The translations under genes were made by a program, and so were the position numbers. This document shows positions 34,179-44,834 of a stretch of DNA of 64,000 nt, in pieces. Position 1 is the stretch's first letter, and each line of letters begins with the position of its first letter. The notes beneath the pieces are model-generated. The model saw only the letters and a program-made list of their open reading frames with translations. It was not told where the DNA came from and did no database searches. This stretch comes from Alphaproteobacteria bacterium (GTDB lineage Bacteria > Pseudomonadota > Alphaproteobacteria > SHVV01): assembly GCA_965261735.1 (NCBI GenBank), contig OZ253470.1:1728001-1792000 (forward strand). Direction: 5' to 3'.

Positions 34179-34862
34179 GTGCGCAGGAGGGTCGCGCGCG
34201 GCACGCGCGAGGAGCGTATCGTCGCCGCGGCTATGGATTTCTTCGCCGAGCACGGCTTTCGCGCCTCGACGCGCGATCTCGCCAAGCGACTCGGCGTGAC
34301 GCAGGCCCTGCTCTACCGCTACTTCAAGAGCAAACAGGCTCTGATCGATCGCGTGTTTGCGGAAGTATTCGTCGATCAGTGGGACGAGGACGACGCGGCA
34401 AGTCTGCTCGATGCCGAGGCGCCGCTTGCCGCTCGTTTGACGACCTTTTACCAGTCCTTCGCGCAACGTTTCTCGAGGCAGCGCGTGCGCCTGTTCATGC
34501 GCGCCGGTCTCGACGACCTGAACCTGGCGGTTCGCTATACGCCTCCTCTCAACGAGCGCATCCTCACGCCCGTGATTGTCGCGCTGCGACGGGAGGCCGG
34601 GTTGCCGTTGCCGGCGCGGCGGCGGATTCTGCGCGCGGAGCGCGAGCTGGTGCTGACCCTGCACGGCGCGATCGCTCACCTCGGCATACGAAAATACATC
34701 TACGGCTCGCCGCTACCGGACGATCTCGGGGACCACGTCGCTCTCTACGTTGCCTCTTTCCTGGAGGGCGCTATCCCCTCGATCAGGCGACTCCACGAGC
34801 GCCGCCCGCGTGGCCTCCTCGGCGAACGGCTAGCCGACGGCGAGGACGCGCAAATCGAATAG
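34179..34862 (+). CDS. TetR/AcrR-family regulator
   Basis: AA.DFFAEHGF..STRDLA..LGVTQALLYRYF.SK. Confidence 0.9.
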   Translation: MRRRVARGTREERIVAAAMDFFAEHGFRASTRDLAKRLGVTQALLYRYFKSKQALIDRVFAEVFVDQWDEDDAASLLDAEAPLAARLTTFYQSFAQRFSRQRVRLFMRAGLDDLNLAVRYTPPLNERILTPVIVALRREAGLPLPARRRILRAERELVLTLHGAIAHLGIRKYIYGSPLPDDLGDHVALYVASFLEGAIPSIRRLHERRPRGLLGERLADGEDAQIE

Positions 34863-34881
34863 GAGAGAGCCTATTCGCGGC

Positions 34882-35412
34882 TCACTTCTTTATCGCCGCG
34901 AGGAATGCCGGGAAGGTAAAGGCGTAGTCGTCGGATTCGGCGAGCTTCTTGTGGCGGGCGAAGCATCCATCGAAACTGATGTTGGGCCCGGTGCGCGGCT
35001 CGGTCGATGGCTCGAACCAGACGTACTCCCACTTGCCGTTGCGCTTCTCGGCCGTATACTCTGCGCCCCAGCCGGCTCGCTTCTCTTGGACGAAGATGTT
35101 CGTGATCTCGGATGTGGCGACGAAGCGGCCGCGCGCGTCCTTGACGGGGTTTCCGTCGCTGTCGAGCTTCGCCTTGTGATCTTCCATGATGAGCACTGTG
35201 CCGAGCGGCGCCGGCTGGTTCGCCCTGGCGTTGGCCAAGCTCTCGGGGTTGACGTACATGAAACGGACCGTCTTGCGCTTGGATTTGTCAACGGTCGTGT
35301 ACCTGACGAAATGGCTTTGGTATCCTTCCGGGAACGCCACCTTTTCGGGCCCGGCATGGACCGTGCCCGCGACCAGCATGCTCAGCGCCACCGCTCCAGC
35401 CAACCTGTGCAT
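34882..35412 (-). CDS. Cytochrome P460/c'-beta family protein with degenerate heme motif (CFARH)
   Basis: Signal peptide, FPEGY, Y.N, GTVLIME, EKR.GWG, RNG.WEY, C-terminal CxxRH. Confidence 0.75.
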   Translation of the reverse strand: MHRLAGAVALSMLVAGTVHAGPEKVAFPEGYQSHFVRYTTVDKSKRKTVRFMYVNPESLANARANQPAPLGTVLIMEDHKAKLDSDGNPVKDARGRFVATSEITNIFVQEKRAGWGAEYTAEKRNGKWEYVWFEPSTEPRTGPNISFDGCFARHKKLAESDDYAFTFPAFLAAIKK

Positions 35413-35567
35413 CCTCACTCCCCCTCTTCGAGCCAGCATCCGCAACCGATGCGCCGGCGATTGGAAGCCGATAGGCGATAAGTTGTCAAGTGACAACATA
35501 TCTCGAGGGCCTGTCCGATGGTCTGGGCGCAGGAGGCGGCGAATCGGACGGGCGAGGAGCGGCGTCC

Positions 35568-36232
35568 ATGGGTAGATCGATCGTTCTGACGGCAGCCGAT
35601 GGGCACGAGTTCGGTGCCTACGAGGCCCAACCGCCGGGCCCGTCCGCGGGCGCCTCGTCGTCATCCAGGAGGCGTTTGGCGTTACCAGCCACATCCGCAA
35701 CGAGTGCGAGCGCTACGCCGGCGAGGGATACCAAGCGGTCGCCCCGGCGCTCTACGACCGCATCGAGCGTGGGCTCGAGCTCGGCCACAGCGCCGACGAC
35801 TTCAAGAAGGCGCGCGCCCTGCACGGGCGCATCGACCGCGAGAAGATGCTGTTGGACGTCCGCGCCGCCGCCGACCATCTCGGTCCGCCGGGCACGCTCG
35901 GGGTGGTCGGGTACTGTTTCGGCGGCTACGTCGCGTGACTGGCGGCCTGTCGCCTCGAGATGGCGTGCGCCGCCGACTTCTACGGCGGCTCGATCGATGA
36001 AACCGTGGGCGAGAAGCCGAAGTGTCCGACCGCCTGTCACTTCGGCGAAAAGGACCATCTGATCCCGCTCGAGGACGTCGAGAAGGTACGCGCGACTCAC
36101 CCCGAGGTGTCCGTGTTCCTGTACCCCGCCGGGCATGGCTTCATGTGCGAGGAGCGCGAGAACTACCACGCCGAGTCGGCCGCCATCGCGAGGCAACGAG
36201 CGCTCGCGTTCCTTGCCGAGCATCTGAAGTAG
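35568..36232 (+). pseudogene. Dienelactone hydrolase family, frameshift plus nonsense codon
   Basis: VVIQEAFGV, GYCFGG, HFGEKD, AGHGF motifs; frame change near 35645; TGA at 35936-35938. Confidence 0.85.
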
Positions 36233-36274
36233 AGCGGTCGCGGGCCGGCCGCGCCTGCCCTATAGTGCGGCGCG

Positions 36275-36943
36275 ATGCGAACCCTGTACCACCTCTGGCT
36301 GTCGCCGCTCTGCCGCAAGGTGCGCGTCATGCTTCAGGAGAAGGGGCTGGAGTTCGACATCAAGGTCGAGGAGGTGTGGGAGAGGCACGAGCCCTTCCTC
36401 GCTCTCAATCCCGCCGGCGAGGTCCCGGTCCTGATCGAGCCCGACGGCCTCGTGCTGTGCGACAGCGCGGCGATCTGCGAGTATCTCGACGAGGTGTTCC
36501 CCGAGCGCCCACTCATCGGCGCCGGCGCAGCCGCGCGCGCGGAGACGCGCAGGCTCATCGCGTGGTTCGACCTCAAGTTCGACCGCGAGGTGACCCAACT
36601 GGTGCTCGAGGAGAAATTCACCAAGCGCTTCATGGCGATGGGTGCACCGGATTCGCGCGCCGTGCGCGCCGGCCTCGACAATATCCACTACCACCTCGAT
36701 TACGTCGCTTACCTAGCCGAACGGCGCAACTGGCTCGCCGGCGAGGACTTCAGCCTCGCCGACATCGCCGCCGCGGCTCATATCTCGGCGCTCGACTACC
36801 TCGGCGACGTGCCGTGGGAGGCGCACGAACCGGCCAAGGACTGGTACGCGCGCATCAAGTCGCGGCCGAGTTTCCGGCCCCTGCTCGCCGACCACATCCC
36901 CGGGCTCGCGCCGCCCGCGCATTACGCCGACCTCGATTTCTAG
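36275..36943 (+). CDS. fzlA: Glutathione S-transferase-like FtsZ-binding protein FzlA
   Basis: L.P.CRKVR..L.EK, LNPAGEVPVL, AAAHISALDYLGDVPW, KSRPSFRPLLAD; upstream of queG. Confidence 0.82.
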   Translation: MRTLYHLWLSPLCRKVRVMLQEKGLEFDIKVEEVWERHEPFLALNPAGEVPVLIEPDGLVLCDSAAICEYLDEVFPERPLIGAGAAARAETRRLIAWFDLKFDREVTQLVLEEKFTKRFMAMGAPDSRAVRAGLDNIHYHLDYVAYLAERRNWLAGEDFSLADIAAAAHISALDYLGDVPWEAHEPAKDWYARIKSRPSFRPLLADHIPGLAPPAHYADLDF

Positions 36944-36961
36944 CGGCGCCGCTGGTGGGCG

Positions 36962-38104
36962 ATGAAGCACAGCAACCCGACCGAGCCCGACGCGAGGACC
37001 GCGATCCGCGAGCGCGCGCTCATCCTCGGGTTCGGCGCGGTCGGCTTCACCAGGCCCGACCGCGTCCGCGCCGCGGCGGCGGAACTCGCGGAGTATCTGC
37101 GCCGCGGCTACCACGGCGACATGGCCTGGCTGGCGCGCGGGGCGCAGCGCGGCGCTCCCGACCGGCTGTGGCCCGAGGCGCGCTCGGTGGTCATGCTGGG
37201 CCTCAATTATAGCCCCGAGGGCGATCCGATGGCCGCCCTCGCCGAGTCCGACCGCGGCGCCATCTCCGTCTATGCCCAAGGGCGCGACTACCACAAGGTG
37301 CTCAAGCGCGGCCTCAAGGCGCTCGGCGGCTGGATGCATCGCGATCTCGGCGCCGAGGTCAAGGTGTTCGTCGATACCGGGCCGGTGATGGAGAAGCCGC
37401 TGGCCGCGGCCGCGGGGCTCGGCTGGCAGGGTAAGCACACCAACCTGGTGTCGCGCGAGCTCGGCTCGTGGCTGTTCCTGGGCGCGCTGTTCACCACCCT
37501 CGATATCGCCGGCGACGGTGCGCACGCCGACCTGTGCGGCACCTGCTCCGCCTGCCTCGATGCCTGCCCCACGGCAGCCTTTCCCGCGCCCTATCGGCTC
37601 GATGCGCGGCGCTGCATCTCGTACCTCACCATCGAGCATAAGGGCCACATCGCGGCTGAGTTCCGCCGCCCCATGGGCAACCGCATCTTCGGTTGCGACG
37701 ACTGCCTCGCGGTGTGCCCGTGGAACAAGTACGCGCGCACCGCGACCGAGCCCGATCTGGCGCCACGCGCCGATCTCGGCGGCGCCCGCCTCGCCGACCT
37801 CGCGCGCCTCGACGATGCCGCCTTCCGCCGCCTCTTCGCCGGGACCGCGGTCAAGCGCACCGGGCGCGACCGCTTTGTCCGCAACGTACTCATAGCGCTC
37901 GGCAACGCGCGCGATCGGGCCGCCGTGCCGATCATCGCGGAGCGCCTCGACGATGCATCGCCGCTGGTACGCGCGATGGCCGTGTGGGCCCTAGGCGAGA
38001 TCTGCTCGGATGCGGAAATGGCGCGGTATCGTGGGCGCTGCATGGTCCACGAGAGTGATGCCGCGGTGCGGGCCGAGTGGGCGGCGCTCGAGGGCGCCGC
38101 GTGA
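36962..38104 (+). CDS. queG: Epoxyqueuosine reductase
   Basis: [49 protein letters not shown]. Confidence 0.96.
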   Translation: MKHSNPTEPDARTAIRERALILGFGAVGFTRPDRVRAAAAELAEYLRRGYHGDMAWLARGAQRGAPDRLWPEARSVVMLGLNYSPEGDPMAALAESDRGAISVYAQGRDYHKVLKRGLKALGGWMHRDLGAEVKVFVDTGPVMEKPLAAAAGLGWQGKHTNLVSRELGSWLFLGALFTTLDIAGDGAHADLCGTCSACLDACPTAAFPAPYRLDARRCISYLTIEHKGHIAAEFRRPMGNRIFGCDDCLAVCPWNKYARTATEPDLAPRADLGGARLADLARLDDAAFRRLFAGTAVKRTGRDRFVRNVLIALGNARDRAAVPIIAERLDDASPLVRAMAVWALGEICSDAEMARYRGRCMVHESDAAVRAEWAALEGAA

Positions 38105-38979
38105 GCGCCGCGCATCGGCTCTTCTGCTTCGGCCTCGGCTACACCGGCACGGCTCTCGCCGAGTCCCTGTTGGCCGAGGGCTGGCGGGTCGCCGGTACGA
38201 CGCGCGATGCCGCACGGGCCGTGAGCGCGATGCCGTGCGAGGTGCTGCGCTTCGACCGCGATCATCGGTTGAGCGACCCCGGTGCCGCGCTGGCCGGCAC
38301 CACGCACCTGCTGCTCTCGGTGCCGCCCGACGAAGCGGGCGATGCGGTGCTCGATGCCCACGCCGCGGATATTGCTGCGCTACGCGGCCTGGTCTGGGCC
38401 GGGTACCTGTCGACCACCGGGGTCTATGGCGACAGCGGCGGTGCCTGGGTCGACGAGGCGAGCCCGCTGCGGCCCACGGGCGCGCGCGGCCGGCGCCGCG
38501 TCGTCGCCGAGGCGGGTTGGCTCGCGCTGCGGCGCTCGGCCGGCGTGCCGGTGCACGTCTTTCGCCTCGCCGGCATCTACGGGCCCGGCCGTAGCGCCCT
38601 CGATCGGGTGCGCGCCGACAACGCCCAGCGCATCGAGGCGCCGGGCCACGTGGTTTCTCGCATCCACGTCGAAGACATCGTCGCCAGCTTGCGGGCCTCG
38701 ATGGCGCGGCCGCGGCCCGGTGCCGTCTACAATTTGTGCGACGACGAACCGGCGGCGCCGGGCGACGTCGTCGCCCACGCGTGCGCCCTGCTCCGCGTGC
38801 CGGTGCCGGAGCTAGTGCCGCTGGCCGAGGCGGACCTGTCGCCGATGGCGCGGAGCTTCTACGCCGACAGCCGCCGCGTCGCCAATCGGCGCCTCAAGGA
38901 GGAACTGGGGATTAAGCTCGCGTATCCCGACTACCGTGCCGGCCTCGCGGCCATCCTCGCGGCGGAGGCCGGCGGCTAG
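38101..38979 (+). CDS. Atypical SDR / NAD-dependent epimerase (YeeZ-like)
   Basis: [35 protein letters not shown]. Confidence 0.9.
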   Translation: MSAAHRLFCFGLGYTGTALAESLLAEGWRVAGTTRDAARAVSAMPCEVLRFDRDHRLSDPGAALAGTTHLLLSVPPDEAGDAVLDAHAADIAALRGLVWAGYLSTTGVYGDSGGAWVDEASPLRPTGARGRRRVVAEAGWLALRRSAGVPVHVFRLAGIYGPGRSALDRVRADNAQRIEAPGHVVSRIHVEDIVASLRASMARPRPGAVYNLCDDEPAAPGDVVAHACALLRVPVPELVPLAEADLSPMARSFYADSRRVANRRLKEELGIKLAYPDYRAGLAAILAAEAGG

Positions 38980-39161
38980 GGTGTGTACCCATGAACTGAG
39001 GGTCCGCCTACGGGCCACATTGCAGACCTCCAGCGACCCGCCACGGAGTGCCGGTCGTGACCCGAAGCCGACCTTCACGACAACCGCATAGACTCTCGTC
39101 GTAGCGCTGCTTACGCTTTGAGCGACGCTGTCAACCGGGTGAGGGGAGGGCCATAGCGGAG

Positions 39162-40133
39162 ATGGTCGAGCGCAGACTCTCCGCGATCCTCAGCGCGGAC
39201 ATCGTCGGCTACACGCGCCTCATGCGCGCCGACGAGGAAGGCACGCTCGCCCGCTCTCGTGCCCATCGCACCGAACTCGTCGAGCCCAAGATCGCGGAGT
39301 ACGAGGGCCGCATCGTCAAACTGATGGGGGACGGCTTGCTCGTCGAGTTCGCGAGTGTCGTCAATGCCGTCCAATGCGCTGCCGAGGTTCAACGCAGGAT
39401 GGCCGCGCGCAATGCTGGCGTGCCCGAGGATGAGCAGATTGTTTTCCGCGTCGGCATCAACCTCGGCGACGTGATCGTCGAGGGCGACGACATTCACGGC
39501 GACGGCGTCAACATCGCAACTCGCATGCAGGAGATCGCGCCGCCAGGTGGGATCTCGGTCTCCGGCGTCGTCTACGACAGCGTGAGGGACAAGCTGGCCC
39601 CGGGCTTTGAGGATCTTGGTCCGCAGCAGGTCAAGAACATCGCTGAGCCCGTACGCGCCTACCGGGTCGTGCTGGACCCAGAGGCGACCGGGACGAGGGA
39701 AGCTCCGCAGGTCGCGATCGCGTCCCGCGTCCGCGAGGCCGAGCGCGTGTTGACGATTTGCAGTGGCGCCCAACGCCAAGGCACGTGGCGAGTGCCCAAG
39801 GATCTGCGCGTGGTCGTCGTGATGGGCGGCATCGATCTAGACTTTCGCGAAGCCGAGTTCGGTCTTGGCGTCACCGAAGTCAAAGTGACCGCCGTGATGG
39901 GGGGTATCGCCATCATCGTGCCACCTCACCTCCAGGTGGAGTGCGACGGCGGCGGCATTTTGGGCCTTTTCGAGGGAATGCACCGTGGTGCTGGCGAGCG
40001 GGATCCGAATGCGCCGCTGTTGCGCATCACTGGGGTCGCGGTCATGGGCGCCCTGGAAATCTCCACGCGACGCCAGGGGGAGACGATGAAAGTCGATGCG
40101 CGCGCAAGCGTCGGTCAGATCGGTCGTCGATAG
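39162..40133 (+). CDS. Class III adenylate/guanylate cyclase fused to a LiaF-C/DUF2154-like domain
   Basis: AILSADIVGY, VKLMGDG, FRVGINLGDV, GDGVNIATR; C-terminal VMGGIDLDFREA...MGGIAIIVP. Confidence 0.8.
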   Translation: MVERRLSAILSADIVGYTRLMRADEEGTLARSRAHRTELVEPKIAEYEGRIVKLMGDGLLVEFASVVNAVQCAAEVQRRMAARNAGVPEDEQIVFRVGINLGDVIVEGDDIHGDGVNIATRMQEIAPPGGISVSGVVYDSVRDKLAPGFEDLGPQQVKNIAEPVRAYRVVLDPEATGTREAPQVAIASRVREAERVLTICSGAQRQGTWRVPKDLRVVVVMGGIDLDFREAEFGLGVTEVKVTAVMGGIAIIVPPHLQVECDGGGILGLFEGMHRGAGERDPNAPLLRITGVAVMGALEISTRRQGETMKVDARASVGQIGRR

Positions 40134-40357
40134 GGGAGTGGGCAGGCCGGGTTCTTACACGGCTGAGGAGCTTCGCTCCTCGCGCGGTAAACCGGTCTCC
40201 CGACTCTCCGCACCCCACTTCGAGGCAAGCACTTGTGTCCGGTAGTGGCTATGCCCGGAAGCAACGGAAGCTCCGCCGGAAGTCTGCTTCAGGCACCTAG
40301 CGTACATCGGTGCGGTATTTTGTCATCTAATCACGACGTCATTCATGAGCGCATGAG

Positions 40358-41155
40358 TTAGGCCGGCGCCACGGCCCACGCCGCCTCAATCTCGTCGCAA
40401 AACCCGAGAACGGCGGCGCATAGGAAGGCGATCTGGTCGGGCTCGGAGAGGCGGTGCTCGCCGTCCTTCAGCAGCGTGAGGCGCACGTCGTCGCCGGCGA
40501 TGGCCTCGACCAGCGCCAGCGCGTGGCGCCACGGCACCTCGGCATCCCGCATGCCGTGGACGAGGCGCACCGGGCAGGCGAGCGCGATCGGCGACTCCAG
40601 CACGAGGTGGTTCCGCGCCTCGGTAATGAGCCGGTAGGTGATCGGGTAGGGGTCGCCGTAGTCGGAGGGCTCCACGTATAGGCACTCGGTGCGCAATGTT
40701 TCGCGCACGCTCTCCTCGTAGCCGCGCCACATCAGCACTTCGGTGAAATCGGGGGCGGCGGCGATGCCGAACAGGCCAGCGACGCGCTCGGGCCGCGCGA
40801 GCGCCGCGAGCAGCATGATCCAGCCGCCCATGCTGGAGCCGACCAACACCTGCGGGCCCTCGGTGAGCTCGTCGAGCACCGCGGTCGCGTCCTCGGCCCA
40901 GCGGCCGATGGTGCCGTCGGTGAACGCCCCGGACGAGGCGCCGTGGCCGAAATAGTCGAAGCGGGTGAACGCGCGGCCCGTACGCCGGCAGACCGCCTCG
41001 AGCGATGTCGCCTTGACGCCCGTCATATCCGACATGAAGCCGCCGAGGAACACCACACCCGGTGCCTTCCCCGGCCACGCATGGTAAGCAAGGCTCGCGC
41101 CGGCGGGTCGGACCAGGATGCGCGGTGCGGCGGGTGCAGGCGAGTCGCCGGTCAT
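40358..41155 (-). CDS. Alpha/beta hydrolase
   Basis: GGFMSDM.G.KA, FDY.GHG.S, GSSMGG, HG..D..VP, DGEHRLS. Confidence 0.9.
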   Translation of the reverse strand: MTGDSPAPAAPRILVRPAGASLAYHAWPGKAPGVVFLGGFMSDMTGVKATSLEAVCRRTGRAFTRFDYFGHGASSGAFTDGTIGRWAEDATAVLDELTEGPQVLVGSSMGGWIMLLAALARPERVAGLFGIAAAPDFTEVLMWRGYEESVRETLRTECLYVEPSDYGDPYPITYRLITEARNHLVLESPIALACPVRLVHGMRDAEVPWRHALALVEAIAGDDVRLTLLKDGEHRLSEPDQIAFLCAAVLGFCDEIEAAWAVAPA

Positions 41156-41199
41156 GGCGGTGCTTCGAGCGGGAAAGAGTGAGCCAGTCTAACATCGCG

Positions 41200-42357
41200 A
41201 TGGCAGGGGGACCACGGGCGGCCGCGGTGCTGCAGGTCCTGCCGGCGCTGGAAACCGGTGGCGTCGAGCGCGGCACCGTCGATGTCGCCGCGGCGCTCGT
41301 CCGCAATGGCTGGCGCGCGATTGTCGCCTCGAGCGGCGGCGCCATGGTGCGCGAGCTCGATCGCGCCGGCGCGGTCCACGTTACGCTCCCCGTGCACAGC
41401 AAGAGCCCGTTCGTGATGGCGCGTAACGCAGCACGACTTTCCGGCCTCATCGCCGCGCATGACATCGCCATCGTGCATGCGCGCTCGCGCGCCCCGGCGT
41501 GGAGCGCCGAATGGGCGGCGAGCCGGCGCCGGCGGCCCTTCCTCACCACCTTTCACGGCACCTACGATGCGGGAACGCCGGCCAAGCGCTGGTACAACTC
41601 GGTCATGACGCGGGGGCGCCCCGTGATCGCCATCTCCGAATTCGTCGCCGACCATATCCGCGCTATCTACGGCGTGGACGAGGCGCGCCTGCTGACGATT
41701 CCACGCGGCGTCAACGTCCACGCCTTCGATCCGGCCGCGGTCTCGGCCGAACGCATCGTCAAGCTGGCGCGCGACTGGCGGCTGCCCGACGGCGTGCCGG
41801 TCATCATGCTGCCGGGCCGGCTGACCCGATGGAAGGGCCAGCTCGTGCTCATCGAGGCGATGGCGCGCCTCGGCCGGGGCAATGTGTGCTGCCTGATCGT
41901 CGGCGCCGACCAGGGCCGGCGCGCCTACCGCGCCGAGCTCGAGGCCGCCATTCGCCGCCGTGAGCTCGGCGGGACGGCGTACATCATCGACAGCTGCAAC
42001 GACATGCCGGCCGCCCTGATGCTGGCCGACGTCGTCGTCTCCGCCTCGACCGATCCGGAAGCCTTCGGCCGTGTGGCGGCGGAGGCGCAAGCCATGGGCC
42101 GGCCGGTGGTGGCGACCGACCACGGCGGCTCTCGCGAGACGGTGATCGACGGCGCGACGGGCTGGCTCGTACCACCCGGCGACGCTGCCGCGCTGGCACA
42201 GGCGCTCGGCGAGGCGATCGCGCTCGGCGAGGCCGAGCGTGCCGAGCTCGCCGCCACCGCCCGCCGCCACATCGCCGAGCGCTTCACGGTCGATCGCATG
42301 TGCGAGCAAACCCTGGCGCTCTATAGCAGCTTGCTCGAAACGGGCACCGCGCCTTGA
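41200..42357 (+). CDS. Glycosyltransferase family 4
   Basis: GGVERGT, HARSRAPAW, GRLTRWKG, EAFGRVAAEAQAMG. Confidence 0.92.
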   Translation: MAGGPRAAAVLQVLPALETGGVERGTVDVAAALVRNGWRAIVASSGGAMVRELDRAGAVHVTLPVHSKSPFVMARNAARLSGLIAAHDIAIVHARSRAPAWSAEWAASRRRRPFLTTFHGTYDAGTPAKRWYNSVMTRGRPVIAISEFVADHIRAIYGVDEARLLTIPRGVNVHAFDPAAVSAERIVKLARDWRLPDGVPVIMLPGRLTRWKGQLVLIEAMARLGRGNVCCLIVGADQGRRAYRAELEAAIRRRELGGTAYIIDSCNDMPAALMLADVVVSASTDPEAFGRVAAEAQAMGRPVVATDHGGSRETVIDGATGWLVPPGDAAALAQALGEAIALGEAERAELAATARRHIAERFTVDRMCEQTLALYSSLLETGTAP

Positions 42358-42359
42358 CG

Positions 42360-42628
42360 AGTGGTCCGCGAGAACTGGTAGGCGAGCGGTTACAAAGGAG
42401 CGAACACGGGGCCACGCCACTCTTTCTCTGAACGATCATGCCCCATGACGGCTCGACCGCGACCAACCGCTTGTTGGCCGGCTCATAAGAGCCCGCGCCG
42501 GCACCAACGTTGAGAAGTATGTTCAAGTCTGTAATGCAGGACGCGATCAGTGCCGCAATACGAGGATCGGGGCGCCGCGTTGTCGCGTAGTCGGTCCCAA
42601 TATTGTCGTAGTTTGTATTGGTGTTCAT
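42360..42628 (-). pseudogene. N-terminal fragment of a class I SAM methyltransferase
   Basis: YD.IG..Y...RRPDPRIA, NVGAGAGSYE, AVEPS; similarity ends after ~75 aa and the frame runs into the GT4 3' end. Confidence 0.7.
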
Positions 42629-42820
42629 GTCGCCATCGGCCTCGGCCATCATAACTGATACCGCGGGGCCAATGGTCCAAGCCACTTAGTAGCCCGATTC
42701 GAGCGCCGAAACATTCACCGCCGCTGCGGCGCCTTGACAGGGGGGCCAAAGGGGCTACCTTGCGCGCGTTTTCCTGATCCCGCAGGCGTCCGAAGGTGGC
42801 GTCCCATGCTTGCAGCCGAC

Positions 42821-44758
42821 ATGGTCGCGATCACATTGCCGGACGGCAGCGTCCGCAATTACGACTCACCGGTGACGGGCTCGGATGTCGCCGCCGACAT
42901 CGGCCCCGGCCTCGCCAAGGCGGCGCTCGCGATCCGCGTCGATGGCGAGCTGCGCGACCTGAGCCGTCCGATCGAGGGCGATGCTGCCATCGCCATCGTG
43001 ACCCGGCGCGACGCCGACGCGCTCGACCTGCTGCGCCACGACGCCGCCCACGTCATGGCCGAGGCCGTGAAGGAGCTCTATCCGGACACCCAGATCACCA
43101 TCGGCCCGGTGATCGAGGACGGCTTCTTTTACGACTTCGCGCGTGAGGAACCCTTCAAGCCCGAGGACCTCGAGCGCATCGCGGCGCGCATGCACGAGAT
43201 CGTCGACCACGGCGAGCCGATCGCCCGCGAGGTATGGGACCGCGACGAGGCGATCGCGCTGTTCAAGGGAATGGGCGAGGACTACAAGGCGGAAATCATC
43301 GCCGACCTGCCGAGCGGCGAGGCCATCAGCCTCTATCGCCAGGGCGCCTTCGTCGATCTGTGCCGCGGGCCGCACCTGCCCTCGACGGGGGCGCTCGGCC
43401 ACGCGTTCAAGCTCGTCAAGCTGGCCGGCGCCTATTGGCGCGGCGATTCGCGCAACGCCATGCTCCAGCGCATCTACGGCACGGCGTGGCGAGACGAGGC
43501 CGAGCTCGGCGCGTACCTCACGCGGATCGCCGAGGCCGAGCGCCGCGACCACCGCAAGCTCGGCCGCGAGATGGATCTGTTCCATCAGCAGGAAGAAGCG
43601 CCGGGCATGGCGTTCTGGCACCCCAAGGGGTGGACGCTGTACCTCACCCTCGAAGGCTATGTCCGACGCCGGCTGGCGGAGGCGGGCTATGTCGAGGTGC
43701 GCACGCCCGAGCTCCTCGACCGCAGCCTGTGGGAGGACTCCGGGCACTGGGAGAAGTTCGGCGAGCACATGTACACCACCAAGGCCGAGAACAAGGTGTA
43801 CGCGCTCAAGCCGATGAACTGCCCGTGCCACGTCCAGATCTTCCGCCAGCAGCTGCACAGCTACCGCGACCTACCCCTGCGTATGGCCGAATTCGGCTCG
43901 TGCCACCGCAACGAGCCCTCGGGCGCGCTGCACGGCCTCCTGCGGGTCCGCCATTTCACCCAGGACGACGCCCACATCTTCTGCACCGAGGACCAGATCA
44001 ACGCCGAGACCAAGGCGTTCTGCGATCTCTTGATGAGCGTCTACGCGGATTTCGGCTTTACCGACGTGATCGTGCGCTATGCCGACCGCCCGCCGGTGCG
44101 GGCCGGGAGCGACGCAACCTGGGATCGGGCCGAAGCCGCCCTCGAAGCGGCCGTCGACGAGAGCGGTATCGCCTGCGAGCGCAATCCCGGCGAAGGCGCC
44201 TTCTACGGCCCCAAGCTCGAGTTCGTGTTGCGCGACGCCATCGGCCGCGACTGGCAGTGCGGCACGCTGCAGGTCGATTTCGTGCTGCCCGAGCGGCTCG
44301 ACGCGACCTACGTCGGCGAGGACGGCGCACGCCATCGGCCGGTCATGCTGCACCGTGCCATCCTGGGCTCGCTCGAACGCTTCATCGGCATTCTGATCGA
44401 GCACTATGCCGGGCATTTCCCGCTTTGGTTCGCGCCGCTGCAGGCGGTGGTGGCGACGATCACCCGCGAGGGCGACGCCTTTGCGCGGGTCGTGGCCGAG
44501 CGCCTGGCCGCCGAGGGGCTGCGGGTCGAGCTCGACCTTTCGAACGAGAAAATCGGCTACAAGGTGCGGCAGCACTCGCTGGCCAAGGTGCCGGTGCTCA
44601 TCGCGATCGGCAAGCGCGAGGCGGCCGAGGGCACGGTGTCGGTGCGCCGCCTCGGCTCCGAGGGGCAAGAAGTCCTTGCGCTCGACGAGGCAGTGGCTAG
44701 ACTCGCGCTCGAATCCACCGCACCGCACGTTAGCGGCCCGGTAAGTAAGCAGTCGTAG
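42821..44758 (+). CDS. thrS: Threonine--tRNA ligase
   Basis: TGS domain, DLCRGPH, KPMNCP.H, HRNE.SG.L.GL.RVR, HRAILGS.ERF. Confidence 0.98.
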   Translation: MVAITLPDGSVRNYDSPVTGSDVAADIGPGLAKAALAIRVDGELRDLSRPIEGDAAIAIVTRRDADALDLLRHDAAHVMAEAVKELYPDTQITIGPVIEDGFFYDFAREEPFKPEDLERIAARMHEIVDHGEPIAREVWDRDEAIALFKGMGEDYKAEIIADLPSGEAISLYRQGAFVDLCRGPHLPSTGALGHAFKLVKLAGAYWRGDSRNAMLQRIYGTAWRDEAELGAYLTRIAEAERRDHRKLGREMDLFHQQEEAPGMAFWHPKGWTLYLTLEGYVRRRLAEAGYVEVRTPELLDRSLWEDSGHWEKFGEHMYTTKAENKVYALKPMNCPCHVQIFRQQLHSYRDLPLRMAEFGSCHRNEPSGALHGLLRVRHFTQDDAHIFCTEDQINAETKAFCDLLMSVYADFGFTDVIVRYADRPPVRAGSDATWDRAEAALEAAVDESGIACERNPGEGAFYGPKLEFVLRDAIGRDWQCGTLQVDFVLPERLDATYVGEDGARHRPVMLHRAILGSLERFIGILIEHYAGHFPLWFAPLQAVVATITREGDAFARVVAERLAAEGLRVELDLSNEKIGYKVRQHSLAKVPVLIAIGKREAAEGTVSVRRLGSEGQEVLALDEAVARLALESTAPHVSGPVSKQS

Positions 44759-44834
44759 GCTCACGAGCGCAGGGCGGCTGAGGGCAGCCGAGCGGCGCGT
44801 GCGTCCAACGCCCGCAGCAGAAAGGAAGACCTAG

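Noticed and set aside
35936-35938. In-frame TGA as selenocysteine or recoded Trp
   Set aside because: The same gene also has a frameshift, and TGA is the normal stop of many core genes here.
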